A stretch of 64,000 bases of DNA, from NCBI GenBank assembly GCA_020348445.1, contig CP070751.1:375772-439771 (forward strand), in the 5' to 3' direction. The notes under the pieces were generated by a model. The model was not told the DNA's origin. It saw nothing but the letters and a program-made list of their open reading frames with translations, and did not search any database. Within the stretch, counting starts at the first letter, position 1. Each line of letters starts with the position of its first letter. Of the stretch, positions 51,001-60,027 are shown piece by piece. Made by a program: the position numbers and the translations under genes. This DNA is from Thermoplasmata archaeon (GTDB taxonomy: Archaea; Thermoplasmatota; Thermoplasmata; GCA-020350865).

Positions 51001-51961
51001 AACCCATATCCTTGGCACCCTTGGGGTTGGTCATAATTATGTTTGTATCCAAATCTGTGAGAACTATTCCGTCGGGGGAGGTTTCCACAAGTGTGCGGTA
51101 AAGTTCCTCCCTTTCCAAAAGGGCTTTTTCAGCCTCTTTTCGCTCTGTTATATCCCTTGCAGTTGCCACAATGCTTTGAACTTTTCCTTCTTCCTTTTTT
51201 AATGATACCTGCACCTCCACAGGAATTATTTTGCCGTTTTTATGAATAAGCTCTATTTCGTACAATTTTGGTACCTTTTTTCCAGCCATCCTATCCTTGA
51301 ATATTTTTGCAGAGACCTTTTTGGACTTAGGTGTTAGAAAGTCATAAAAACTGTCAGCTGTTAAAATCTCCTCCTTTGTATAGCCTGTAAAATCCTTTAT
51401 ATTACCACCTATAAAGGATGGATTCATTTTGGTGTCGTACTCAACTATCACATCCCTGCTTACAGATAGCAACTCCCCTAGTCTTCTTTCATATCCTTTT
51501 ATCTCTTCCTCAAGCTTTTTCTCTCTTGTGATGTTTCTTGAGTACTCAACCACACTTTTAACTTCCCCTTTGTCGTCGTATATGGGGTAAAAATAGATTT
51601 CCCAATAGAGCTCGTTTTTATGATGATCCTCTGTTGAAAAAATCGTATGCTCGGGTTTTCCAGTCTCGAATACGTCTTTTGTGGGACAATCCTTGCATCT
51701 GGTTTTCTTGTCGCGAAAAGCCTTGTGACATTTTTTTCCTATTATTTCTTTTGGCCCCTTGTACCCATAGAAGTGTGCAAGGCTTTGATTTATATATATG
51801 ATATTATAGTTTTTGTCAATAACAGTGATCCCATCAGTTATTGCATTGAATACAGATTCAAGAAACTCCTTTGTCTCTGGCTCCTTCATTTTCGTATCCT
51901 TTTCCTTCTTCGATACCTTTTTTTTACCCTGCCCCACGGACTTTTTGGTCTTTGCCATCAT
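48014..51961 (-). CDS. Multi-sensor protein: 7 PAS + GAF + DUF835 + C-terminal winged HTH
   Basis: Repeated PAS-PAC units ending RDITERK; GAF (FSNTHEWCADG, SLLAVPI, GFVGFD); GLIITREHP...VLLDRFDYL DUF835 pattern; SRTTARKRIRELVDKGLI wHTH; no histidine kinase motifs. Confidence 0.85.
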   Translation of the reverse strand: MMAKTKKSVGQGKKKVSKKEKDTKMKEPETKEFLESVFNAITDGITVIDKNYNIIYINQSLAHFYGYKGPKEIIGKKCHKAFRDKKTRCKDCPTKDVFETGKPEHTIFSTEDHHKNELYWEIYFYPIYDDKGEVKSVVEYSRNITREKKLEEEIKGYERRLGELLSVSRDVIVEYDTKMNPSFIGGNIKDFTGYTKEEILTADSFYDFLTPKSKKVSAKIFKDRMAGKKVPKLYEIELIHKNGKIIPVEVQVSLKKEEGKVQSIVATARDITERKEAEKALLEREELYRTLVETSPDGIVLTDLDTNIIMTNPKGAKDMGYDSPEELIGMSAFDLMAQEDQPRIMENVGEMIEKGKVNNVEFNFVKKDGSLIPVEFNASLVYDEKGEPKAFLGISRNLSERRIAEEKLKESEEKFSNLFHQSNDAIILHDVKGNIVDANQRVLDIFGYSRKEILKLKIPKLHPPSELKKSEKAFKTISKKGFVNFEINFKKKNGDIFPAEVSSSLFEIGEKKVIQGIVRDITERKKVEEALKESEEMYRSLIKTSPDPITVTDLEGQITFVSDETLELSGFKKAKEVIGKNAFDFIAEEDKNRALKNLRKTIKQGVLKNAEYTMLRKDGTTYTGELSAAVIKDAFGKPKGFIATTRDITDRKKATEDLRYRLAFEELITTFSTHFIYLKTEEIDDGINMALKEIGSFADVDRSFVFLLHDEGKKFSNTHEWCADGIKSLKDQLQNLDVESFSWGIDRLKKLFPMDVPNVEELPKDASYYKKFLKKTKIKSLLAVPIVIESSLYGFVGFDSIRKKRSWPDDIISILHMVSEIFTNAFERIRSEEALRESEQKYRMLLDQSGDIITYFSPEGFILAMNHNAAEGLGGVPDDFLGKHISDMFQRDLADTSLKRIRRVAESLGSEEHEDIVELPTGIGWYRSHYHPMRDASGNVIGVQIISHDITQRKKAEEEVRELKEFNESIVQSMAEGIMILDEEGTVSFINPKVEKVLGYKSAKLIGNHWEDILATDFHRRMRDCFAENLRGEQDRFEAVLLKKNRTELPVLISASPQMKDGVFRGVLAVITDISERKREEIAREELMKYKIKKGSTYLIKEKELERGKDVVFELYKNHFKGLIITREHPEKIKREIDLNIPIFWMTKNPKDKASVKPEFPLLEKIIDDNIDRTTFVLLDRFDYLVTQNSFKEALNFVQHLNEIFYDRKATLIISLDPGTLNPQELSLLEKESSVLEKKLEERLSADLLDLLEFVNKRNMVGESPSYKHVGDGFRISRTTARKRIRELVDKGLIMERKSGRFKYLVLTEKGKEIL

Positions 51962-52185
51962 ATTCCCCCCAGATGATTCCTATTTATATATGGTTAGATA
52001 TGGTTAACCATATACTTACACTGTCTGGCTCTTTGAATTTTAATGATAGGGTTAGGTAATATTGCACCTCTCATATATATCTTTATGGTTTTAGGATCAA
52101 AAGGAGTTTATCATGACCCCTTTTTTGCCAGTGGAAAACCTTGGTTTTGGGCCCCATATCACCAAAAATACGGGATTTTGCACTA

Positions 52186-54528
52186 TCATGCAATATAAAC
52201 TATCACTATATTGATACCACTGTCATCATCTTCAACAGATAGGGTTAATGACCCAGGTCCCTCATATGTTAGGATCGTTGTATCATAAATGTCCCTTGGA
52301 TTTACATCTGGGGAAGGATATGGATCAGGAGTTGGTGGATTATTTAGGTATTCCACAGAGGCAGCCTGGGAACCATAGGTGTAGGTAAGTGCCTCGTCGT
52401 CGCTTCCAGGATCTGTGATATGGGAGGTCACTTCAAAGGAATGCCCTACAAAATATGCGTTCAAATCCACCTCCCAGGGCTCCACATGATTTGGATGGTC
52501 GCTGTCCCTTTTCTTGGACTGCTGCGTGTTGAAGGTATGATGTATCCTCTCCTCGGAGCCGTCCTCAAACCTTAGTATGATCCAAACTGGGTTTCCTGCG
52601 TTGTTTTGCTTGTCTTTACCGTTGTTTGGCTGGTCACCTTCGATCTCGTCGCCAACATCTGGATAAGGATCGTAGGTCACGATGGCGGAATAGCTCTTTG
52701 ACAGATCAAGGGTTGTGGGAAGTAGGGGATCCTCATAGGTAGGATTGTCATCTGGGCTGCCTGGCCATCTTTCCACTTCGAGATAGCCTGCATGATTTTC
52801 GTCCGCATAAAGTGTCAGGCCCACATTGCTCCATTTTGAGCCCGCCACTCTCAATCCGATTTTTACATCCATTGTTACCGACTCGATTTCCACTGTTGGA
52901 TCGACATTTAGGACCGTTATATTGCATGTGTCTGTATCAGATAATCCCTGTTCGTCTGTTACAGTCAAGGTCACTATGAAAATCCCGTCATCACCATATA
53001 TATGGGTGGATCTGGGCCCTGTTGCGTCAATATCATCTTGTGGGTCTCCATCTCCATTGGAATCAATTTCTGCATCAAAATCCCATTCATAGGCTCCTAT
53101 GGGGCCATCAGGATCGTAACTTCCTGTTCCATCGAACTTTACCTCATCCCCTTCATATACAATCTGATTTTCACCAGCATGGGCAATTGGGGGTTTGTAC
53201 CTATTCTCTAAAACATAAAGATAATTATCATGGCAACCAAATATCACCTCTGCGAGGCCGTCCTGCTCTATATCTGCTATGCACGGCTGGCCCCATATAT
53301 GACCCGTGGTCTCAAAGGTCCATTCTATGGCTCCATCCAGGGTGCTCAGACAGTACAGATTTGGATATGCACCGCATATGACCTCGATTACACCATCCCC
53401 GTCTATATCTGCCGTGACCAAAGGCGCCTGTGACCATGTGGAATTTGGTAAGACTGTTTCCCAGAGTATGGCTCCATTTGTACCCTTGTAGGCCACAATG
53501 GTGTGGTCATTTGAGTCCCCACCTATAATATCCTCAAGGCCGTCAGAATCAATGTCCAATAATGTTGGCGAGGTATAGAAATAGGTGTGAGCGCTGCTTC
53601 GCCAAAGCTCTGAGCCGTTGTGGTAAAGCACCACTGCATCCCCCGAAGAGCCATTCCCACCGATGGTAAAGACTATGATCTCGTCAAAGGTATCGCCGTT
53701 AACATCTGCTAAAACAGGTGTGGCTTCCACCCCATATCCCACATCCTGCTCCCATTCAAGGGCTCCTGTTTTAGCATTATATGATCTTATAATTGCATGA
53801 TTGTCTATGACAATCAATTCAAGCTCTCCATCCTTGTCAAGATCGCCTATGGGTGAGGATGCCCTAACAAAATGCTCGAATTCAAAAGAGCGCCATAAAA
53901 TACTCCCGTCAGGGCCGTTGAGGGCATAAAAATACTCATCCTGGCTACCTAAAAGAACATCGTTAATCCCATCATCATTTATGTCCAAAAGGAGGGGTGA
54001 AGACTGAAAGCCCCTGAAAATCCCTCCTGATACATTGCTCTCAAACCGCCATATTTTGCTACCGTCCTCACCATTGAGCACATACAGATTTGGATCCCCA
54101 GTGTTGTCGAAATAACCCCCGAACACGATCTCGTTTTTTCCGTCTCCATCAACGTCCCCTATACTGGGCGAGTTAACGATATCCCCAAGTGCTGAGAAGT
54201 TCCAGAGTTCGCTTCCAAATCTGTCAAGGGCATAGAGATGATCATCGTTCGAGCCAAAGACAACCTCATACTCACCGTCGTTGTTGATGTCCCCAACAGT
54301 GGGTGGTGATTTAACGGCAGCGCCTGTTAAAAAGGACCATTTCACGGCTGGCTCCACGATATTGCTGGTAAGGGGTGAGTTTCCCGTGCGTTTATCATCG
54401 TACCTGTACATCAACCAGTCATCATCATTTGCGACTCCGCTTGTGGCCGAAACCAGGGTGGATAATATCAGAATTATCGATAAATATATTACTACATGGT
54501 TTTGTGTGGACTTTTCCATTACTTTCAT
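52186..54528 (-). CDS. Secreted FG-GAP/PQQ-like propeller protein with PKD and shared C-terminal module B
   Basis: WLMYRYDDKRTG, GDxxxDGxxE repeats, PPIAHAGENQ...YEWDF PKD; ATG 54528 after GGGAGGGAGG (track start 54594). Confidence 0.85.
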   Translation of the reverse strand: MKVMEKSTQNHVVIYLSIILILSTLVSATSGVANDDDWLMYRYDDKRTGNSPLTSNIVEPAVKWSFLTGAAVKSPPTVGDINNDGEYEVVFGSNDDHLYALDRFGSELWNFSALGDIVNSPSIGDVDGDGKNEIVFGGYFDNTGDPNLYVLNGEDGSKIWRFESNVSGGIFRGFQSSPLLLDINDDGINDVLLGSQDEYFYALNGPDGSILWRSFEFEHFVRASSPIGDLDKDGELELIVIDNHAIIRSYNAKTGALEWEQDVGYGVEATPVLADVNGDTFDEIIVFTIGGNGSSGDAVVLYHNGSELWRSSAHTYFYTSPTLLDIDSDGLEDIIGGDSNDHTIVAYKGTNGAILWETVLPNSTWSQAPLVTADIDGDGVIEVICGAYPNLYCLSTLDGAIEWTFETTGHIWGQPCIADIEQDGLAEVIFGCHDNYLYVLENRYKPPIAHAGENQIVYEGDEVKFDGTGSYDPDGPIGAYEWDFDAEIDSNGDGDPQDDIDATGPRSTHIYGDDGIFIVTLTVTDEQGLSDTDTCNITVLNVDPTVEIESVTMDVKIGLRVAGSKWSNVGLTLYADENHAGYLEVERWPGSPDDNPTYEDPLLPTTLDLSKSYSAIVTYDPYPDVGDEIEGDQPNNGKDKQNNAGNPVWIILRFEDGSEERIHHTFNTQQSKKRDSDHPNHVEPWEVDLNAYFVGHSFEVTSHITDPGSDDEALTYTYGSQAASVEYLNNPPTPDPYPSPDVNPRDIYDTTILTYEGPGSLTLSVEDDDSGINIVIVYIA

Positions 54529-54684
54529 GGAGTCCTCCCTCCCTAATTTGTTGATTTTCCTTGTATTTACGGAAAATATATGGTTTTTTGGCATATAAAA
54601 CGGTTTTGGAAAACTGCAGCCTTTTTAAAGAATTGTTCATGTTTTGTTCATATTACCCGAATTTGAACGTTATTACCTCGAAAT

Positions 54685-54924
54685 TCAATCTGCAGCCACC
54701 AATGTGGTTGTACCTATCACACCCTTTACCCCTCTTATGTTCTTCATGATGATATCTCTGAGTTTTGTGGTGTCCCTCTCCTCTATTACTATCACCATAT
54801 CGTACTCCCCGTAAACAAAATGTATGCTCTGTATTCCCTCGATATCCTTTAGTTTGCTGTATGCTTCGTCCTCTTCGCCCACAGCTATCTTTACCAAAAC
54901 AAAATTTGAGGATTTACCGTTCAT
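54685..54924 (-). CDS. Lrp/AsnC ligand-binding-domain-only protein
   Basis: FVLVK...IHFVYGEYDMV...IRGVKGVIGTTTLV; no HTH. Confidence 0.85.
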   Translation of the reverse strand: MNGKSSNFVLVKIAVGEEDEAYSKLKDIEGIQSIHFVYGEYDMVIVIEERDTTKLRDIIMKNIRGVKGVIGTTTLVAAD

Positions 54925-55017
54925 GGAATGTCACCTTGCACAAATAGGCCTTAAGGTATAAAAGACTTGTCGGTTTTTTTTAATCCGATTATAAAAGATA
55001 TGTCTTATAAATGGATC

Positions 55018-55407
55018 CTATGAGGCTGCAACTAGGGTCTGCACATCCACTACACCATGGATTTCCCAGATCCTCCTCATCAATGCCTGTTTGTTTAGCT
55101 TGTTTCTCTCCCTGACTATCAGCACCAGATCATATTCTCCGTAAACCTTGTGGAAACCGTTGATACCCTGGATTTCCTTGAGCTCGGCCATGCTTTTTTC
55201 CATGGTGCCGGGAAGTAGTTTAACCAAAATGAATGACGCCGAATGTTCTTGCGGTCTGTAGGAAGGCGGGGGTGCCACGATTTTCGGTCTTAGGGTGCCT
55301 TCGGCAAATACTGGAGTTATATCAGAATTGTCTTTGTCATGTTTCAAGGTATCACCTACCTTAATTATTGTAGAATAATTATAAATCCGTTTTGAACCAA
55401 AAATCAA
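55018..55407 (-). CDS. Lrp/AsnC ligand-binding-domain protein with N-terminal extension (start uncertain)
   Basis: FILVK...FHKVYGEYDLV...IHGVVDVQTLV. Confidence 0.7.
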   Translation of the reverse strand: MIFGSKRIYNYSTIIKVGDTLKHDKDNSDITPVFAEGTLRPKIVAPPPSYRPQEHSASFILVKLLPGTMEKSMAELKEIQGINGFHKVYGEYDLVLIVRERNKLNKQALMRRIWEIHGVVDVQTLVAAS

Positions 55408-55409
55408 GG

Positions 55410-56015
55410 CTAAAAATCAACATTCATAATCATATTCAATAACAATTTATGGACTCTCGTATCATTGGTTAGCTCAGGGTGAAAAGCAGCAGCAATAAGG
55501 TTATCTTGCCTTGCCAAAACAATCTTATCCTCAAAGGTGGCCAGGGTCTCGCATTCAGACCAAATCTTCTCTATTGCAGGTGCGCGGATGAACACAGCCT
55601 TATAGGGTGAATCAAAACCCTTGATTTCGAGTTTCGTCTCAAAGGATTCACGTTGTCTTCCAAAAGCGTTTCGTGCGACCTTCATATCCATTAAGCCAAG
55701 GAGGTTTGTATCTGTTTTATTTACCTCCAAATCCCCCTCCTTTGCCAGAAGTATACAACCTGCACATGTACCCATAATGGGCATTTTCGCAAAGGCCTTG
55801 TCTTTGATCATCTGAGATAATCCTGATTTTTCAATGAGCCTGGATATGGTAGTGCTCTCTCCCCCGGGAATGATCAGGCCTTGCACTTCCTTCAATTCCC
55901 TCTTACCCTTCACCTGAATTGCTTCTCCTTTAACATCCATCTCTAAAAAGGCTCTTTTTACGGCCTCTATATGCTCTGATACCGCCCCCTGAAGGGCAAT
56001 TACTCCCACCTTCAT
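55410..56015 (-). CDS. pdxT: Pyridoxal 5'-phosphate synthase glutaminase subunit
   Basis: VIALQGAVSEH, IPGGESTTI, GTCAG, RNAFGRQRESFE, FIRAP, FHPEL. Confidence 0.95.
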   Translation of the reverse strand: MKVGVIALQGAVSEHIEAVKRAFLEMDVKGEAIQVKGKRELKEVQGLIIPGGESTTISRLIEKSGLSQMIKDKAFAKMPIMGTCAGCILLAKEGDLEVNKTDTNLLGLMDMKVARNAFGRQRESFETKLEIKGFDSPYKAVFIRAPAIEKIWSECETLATFEDKIVLARQDNLIAAAFHPELTNDTRVHKLLLNMIMNVDF

Positions 56016-56045
56016 TTATTCACCATATGTATCTAAAAGAACACT

Positions 56046-57080
56046 TTAGGCTTTCTTCTCAAGATATATTAATATATCTTTGGGTTTCAGTTTAATTGCA
56101 TCCATGTCCTTTGCATCAAGGAGCTTTTTATCCCTATAAACTCCCATGACCACTATGCCCTTCAGTTCTTTTGGTCCCTTCCCGATTTCCCCTTCTGTTA
56201 CCACTCTTTGGCTGGATCTTACACCGCGCTGTGCTGTGAGCATGTCCTGAAATAAAAGCGCTAGATGCTCGTTTTGGGTTGCCGCGGCCATGAGATGTCC
56301 TCCTGCAATTGAGGGCGAGATTATGATATCGGCGCCGCTTCTCGTAAGGAGTTTGAAATTCTCCTCTTGATTTGCCCTAGCAATTATCTTGATGTTCTTG
56401 TTCATGTCCCGTGCTGTGAGGCTTATCAGGACATTGGCATCATCTCTTGGGAAGGTAATTATGATGTGTCTTGCCTTTGTTACCGCGGCCTTTGTGAGCA
56501 TGGCCTCCTTGGAAGCGTCGCCTAAAAAGCCCATAAATCCATCCTCGGCAGCTTCGCTAATTGCCTCCTGATTGTTATCTATTACTATTATCTGCTCCTT
56601 TTGATAGTTCTTTGCCACAAGCTCCTTTGCCGTGGCCTTTCCCGTGTTTCCATAGCCTGCGATGATCACGTGGTTCTCCAACTCCTTCTGAAGCTTCTTC
56701 ATGCGCCTTTCCTCCATAAACTGCTGTAATACCAATTGATAGGCAGTGCCTATAAAAACGATCCAGATAATGGCCCTCATTGGTGTTGCTACAAATGAAT
56801 CAAATAGCATTGCAAAAGTACTGTTGGGATGGATGTCCCCGTACCCTGTTGTGGTAATGGTGATGGCTGTAAAGTATATGACATCCACGGCATCCACCTC
56901 ACCGTCTCTTGTGTCCTCCAATCCCTCCCTATCCAACCAAAAAGCCAAGGCTATGATGCATAGTAGAATGAATATGAACAGCATTCTGTAAAGCAGGGTT
57001 TTTAATGGTGAGGTTTTATCCTTGACAAACAGTATCTTTCCTCTCAGACGCAACACCGTGTGCAGGTTATGATTTAACAT
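56046..57080 (-). CDS. Two-TM potassium channel with RCK domain (MthK/Kch-like)
   Basis: Canonical filter TITTTGYGDI; HVIIAGYGNTG Rossmann-like RCK domain. Confidence 0.9.
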   Translation of the reverse strand: MLNHNLHTVLRLRGKILFVKDKTSPLKTLLYRMLFIFILLCIIALAFWLDREGLEDTRDGEVDAVDVIYFTAITITTTGYGDIHPNSTFAMLFDSFVATPMRAIIWIVFIGTAYQLVLQQFMEERRMKKLQKELENHVIIAGYGNTGKATAKELVAKNYQKEQIIVIDNNQEAISEAAEDGFMGFLGDASKEAMLTKAAVTKARHIIITFPRDDANVLISLTARDMNKNIKIIARANQEENFKLLTRSGADIIISPSIAGGHLMAAATQNEHLALLFQDMLTAQRGVRSSQRVVTEGEIGKGPKELKGIVVMGVYRDKKLLDAKDMDAIKLKPKDILIYLEKKA

Positions 57081-57167
57081 GTTTTAAATGTTTTTAATGC
57101 AAAGGAGTAACTTGAAAAAGCCATAAATTTTTAATACCCACTAGCAGTTGTCGTAACGGGCTTTGGG

Positions 57168-58235
57168 ATGCAGGACAATATCTTAAAAAGAAGGGTAGCT
57201 GTACTGATAGTAGCCATAATTGCCCTTCTGGTTTTGAGCCCCATAGGGTATATGATAATAAGAGGGACGGTCGAGGACAAACCAGCGTCGTTTATCGAGG
57301 CATTTTTCTGGACAGTGGCAACGATAACAACCATGGGTGCTCCAAGCGAGCTGGTTCTTGCAAGTGAGGTGGGCAGGGTCTACACAGTGATCGTGGTTTT
57401 CTCGGGAATCGCAATATTCTTCATAGGCTTTCCATTCTTCATCATAGGGCCCTGGCTTGAGGAGCAGGTGAAAAAGGCAACGTCCCCGGAGCGCATCCCC
57501 CTGCCTGAAAAGGATCATGTTATTGTATGTGGATACACTGAAATGGGCGAGGAGGTAATAGACGATCTAGAGCTGCACAACGTCCCCTATATACTAATTG
57601 ACCAGGACAAGAGCCTTGGAGACAAACTCGTTAGAAGCAAGACCCCCTTTATAATAGGCGATGCCAGGGATGCAGATGTTCTAAAGAGGGCAAATATCGA
57701 ATCATCCTTTTGTGTCGTGACTGCGGAAAACGACTCCAAGAATCCCATAATATGCCTTACAGCCAAAAGCATAAAACCCGATCTCAGAATCATAGCCAGC
57801 GTTGACGACGAGGAGCATGAGGAGGTTCTCATACGTGCAGGTGCCACAAAGGTTGTATCACCCAGGGCTTCCTCGGGAGTATTGCTGGCAAATATGGCAC
57901 TCTCCCGCTTCGATGTTGATATCAAGGGCAAGATCGCACTTTTGGAGAAGATGCATATCTGGCAGTATCCAATAAGCCATGACTCTGCATTAAAGGACAA
58001 GACCCTAAACGAGGCAGGCATCAGAAAGAAGACTGGGGCAACTGTAATCGGACTTTGGAAGAATAAGACACTGATCATAAATCCCTCCGCCAACGAAATC
58101 TTACCCGAGGGCTCAATACTTGTAACTATAGGTACCCCAGAGCAGCTCTCCAAAATCGGTGAGATCATGGTAACTGAGGAATCAAAGGCCAAGAAAAAGA
58201 AGAAAGAAGGCAAAAAATCCGGAGGTTCAGAATAA
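57168..58235 (+). CDS. K-channel-like protein with RCK_N/RCK_C and a non-canonical filter
   Basis: TM1, pore helix FFWTVATITTMGAPSEL, TM2, HVIVCGY RCK, C-terminal TrkA_C. Confidence 0.85.
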   Translation: MQDNILKRRVAVLIVAIIALLVLSPIGYMIIRGTVEDKPASFIEAFFWTVATITTMGAPSELVLASEVGRVYTVIVVFSGIAIFFIGFPFFIIGPWLEEQVKKATSPERIPLPEKDHVIVCGYTEMGEEVIDDLELHNVPYILIDQDKSLGDKLVRSKTPFIIGDARDADVLKRANIESSFCVVTAENDSKNPIICLTAKSIKPDLRIIASVDDEEHEEVLIRAGATKVVSPRASSGVLLANMALSRFDVDIKGKIALLEKMHIWQYPISHDSALKDKTLNEAGIRKKTGATVIGLWKNKTLIINPSANEILPEGSILVTIGTPEQLSKIGEIMVTEESKAKKKKKEGKKSGGSE

Positions 58236-58897
58236 TGGTCAAAGTGATAGTTTGCGGCTACGGAACAGTGGGCAGGAAGGTGGTGGAGGAGCTGAGAAAG
58301 GCAAAGGTGGACTACTGTGTAATAGACCGTAATGGCGAGGTTTTCAAGGACGAGGTGTTCAAGTTCATAGTCGGTGACTCCATGAAAAAGAGGGTGCTTA
58401 AAGCCGCGGGAACAAGCTCAGCCGAGATGCTCATTGCCGCATGCGATACAGACGAGACAAATATATTTACAATCCTTGTAGCCAAGGGATTGAATCCAAA
58501 ATTGAGGATATTTGCCCTTGGTAAAAAAAGCGAGAGCATAAAGAAGCTGTACATGGCAGGAGCAGAGGCAGTGGTCTCAAGCTCGGCAGCCGGGGGAAGG
58601 GCTATTGCAAAGCATGCGATCATGCCCCATGTGGCAGAGTTCGTTGACAGGATAACTTTGACAAAGGATGTTCACATATCTGAACTTGTGATATCTTCAA
58701 AATCCAGGCTAGTCAATGTACAGTTGAAGAACTCCCGAATCAGGGAGAACACTGGTGTATCAATTTTGGCGATAAGAAGGGGAAAGGAGCTGATACCGAA
58801 TCCTCCAAGCAACACAGTGCTGCATGCCAAGGAGACCCTGATAGTAATTGGAAACCGGGAGCAGATAAAGTTACTTTCTCGGATAACTAAGGGTTAG
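58235..58897 (+). CDS. Soluble TrkA/KtrA-like RCK protein
   Basis: VIVCGYGTVG; TrkA_C with IRENTGVSILAIRRG; start overlaps the upstream stop. Confidence 0.88.
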   Translation: MVKVIVCGYGTVGRKVVEELRKAKVDYCVIDRNGEVFKDEVFKFIVGDSMKKRVLKAAGTSSAEMLIAACDTDETNIFTILVAKGLNPKLRIFALGKKSESIKKLYMAGAEAVVSSSAAGGRAIAKHAIMPHVAEFVDRITLTKDVHISELVISSKSRLVNVQLKNSRIRENTGVSILAIRRGKELIPNPPSNTVLHAKETLIVIGNREQIKLLSRITKG

Positions 58898-60027
58898 TGG
58901 GTGATGGTATCGATTACGATGTTATCGTTGTGGGAGCAGGCCCAGCTGGACTGGTTGCCGGGGAATATGCGGCCAGAACCGGAGCCAAGGTTGTTGTAAT
59001 AGACAGGAAAAGAGAAATCGGGGCCCCTGTGAGGTGTGGAGAAGGTCTTGGCACTCCAAGTTTTGACCTTCTGGGTCTTCAACCCTCTTCTGATTTTGTC
59101 TTGAATAAAGTGAACAAGGCGGTGTTATTCTCGCCTAAAGGAAGGACATTAAAAATCAGTTTTCCCTATAGGGAATTCTCCTTGTATAGTCTTGATAGAT
59201 GTGCTTTCGAAAAGACGTTGGCATCCCGTATGGAAGCACAGGGAGGAGAAACCCTATTAGACACACAAGCCACAGGGCTTTTAAGAAAAGAAGGGAAAAT
59301 CTTGGGTTTGAAGACTACAAAAGGAGGGATTTTGGGGAAGGTAATCATAGGAGCAGATGGTCTCGAGTCGAGAATTGGTAGGTGGTGCAAACTTGTTAAG
59401 AGACTCAAAATGAACGAGATTTATACTTGTGCCCAGTACACCCTTATTGATCTGGAGGGGATAGACGATCACTTCGAGATACATTTTGGCGCAAAATACG
59501 CACCCGGGGGTTATGCCTGGCTATTTCCCAAAGGAAACAGGGAAGTGAATCTTGGGTTGGGTGTTTTAGCGTCATACAACCAAAAACCTATAGAGCTTCT
59601 TAATAAATTCAAAAAAAAGAGGGCCGAAAAAGCTCATTTTACACGATTTGTTACAGGCTGTATACCCTCCACACTGCCCCCACCTAAAACTGTGAAGGAG
59701 AATATTCTTCTTGTCGGTGATGCTGCAAGGCAAACTAACGCGGTTTCAGGGGGCGGGATTGCAAATGCGATTTTAGCCGGAAAGATAGCAGGGAAGGTGG
59801 CAGGAGAGGTATCAGTGGGGAATAAACCCATTTCTAGTTTGGAGGAATACGAAACTTCTTGGAGAAGCCATCTGGAAAAGATCCTGATTAAAAAGTACAA
59901 GCAGAGAAGATTCCTTGAAAGCGACAAAAAAAACGAAAGGATGTTCAGCTTTATGAAGCTGGCTGCAACCCTCAAACCAATAATACCAAAAAGCGTGATA
60001 GTACGGTGGCTTACCCCTGACTTTTAA
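58897..60027 (+). CDS. Geranylgeranyl reductase family protein (digeranylgeranylglycerophospholipid reductase-like)
   Basis: YDVIVVGAGPAG, PVRCGEG, IGADG, APGGYAWLFPKG, LVGDAA...SGGGI. Confidence 0.9.
   Translation: MGDGIDYDVIVVGAGPAGLVAGEYAARTGAKVVVIDRKREIGAPVRCGEGLGTPSFDLLGLQPSSDFVLNKVNKAVLFSPKGRTLKISFPYREFSLYSLDRCAFEKTLASRMEAQGGETLLDTQATGLLRKEGKILGLKTTKGGILGKVIIGADGLESRIGRWCKLVKRLKMNEIYTCAQYTLIDLEGIDDHFEIHFGAKYAPGGYAWLFPKGNREVNLGLGVLASYNQKPIELLNKFKKKRAEKAHFTRFVTGCIPSTLPPPKTVKENILLVGDAARQTNAVSGGGIANAILAGKIAGKVAGEVSVGNKPISSLEEYETSWRSHLEKILIKKYKQRRFLESDKKNERMFSFMKLAATLKPIIPKSVIVRWLTPDF

Noticed and set aside
55410-56015. pdxT without adjacent pdxS
   Set aside because: The two genes are often unlinked in archaea; cannot be judged from one window
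57587-58213. 208-aa minus ORF
   Set aside because: Antisense to the RCK region of 57168-58235
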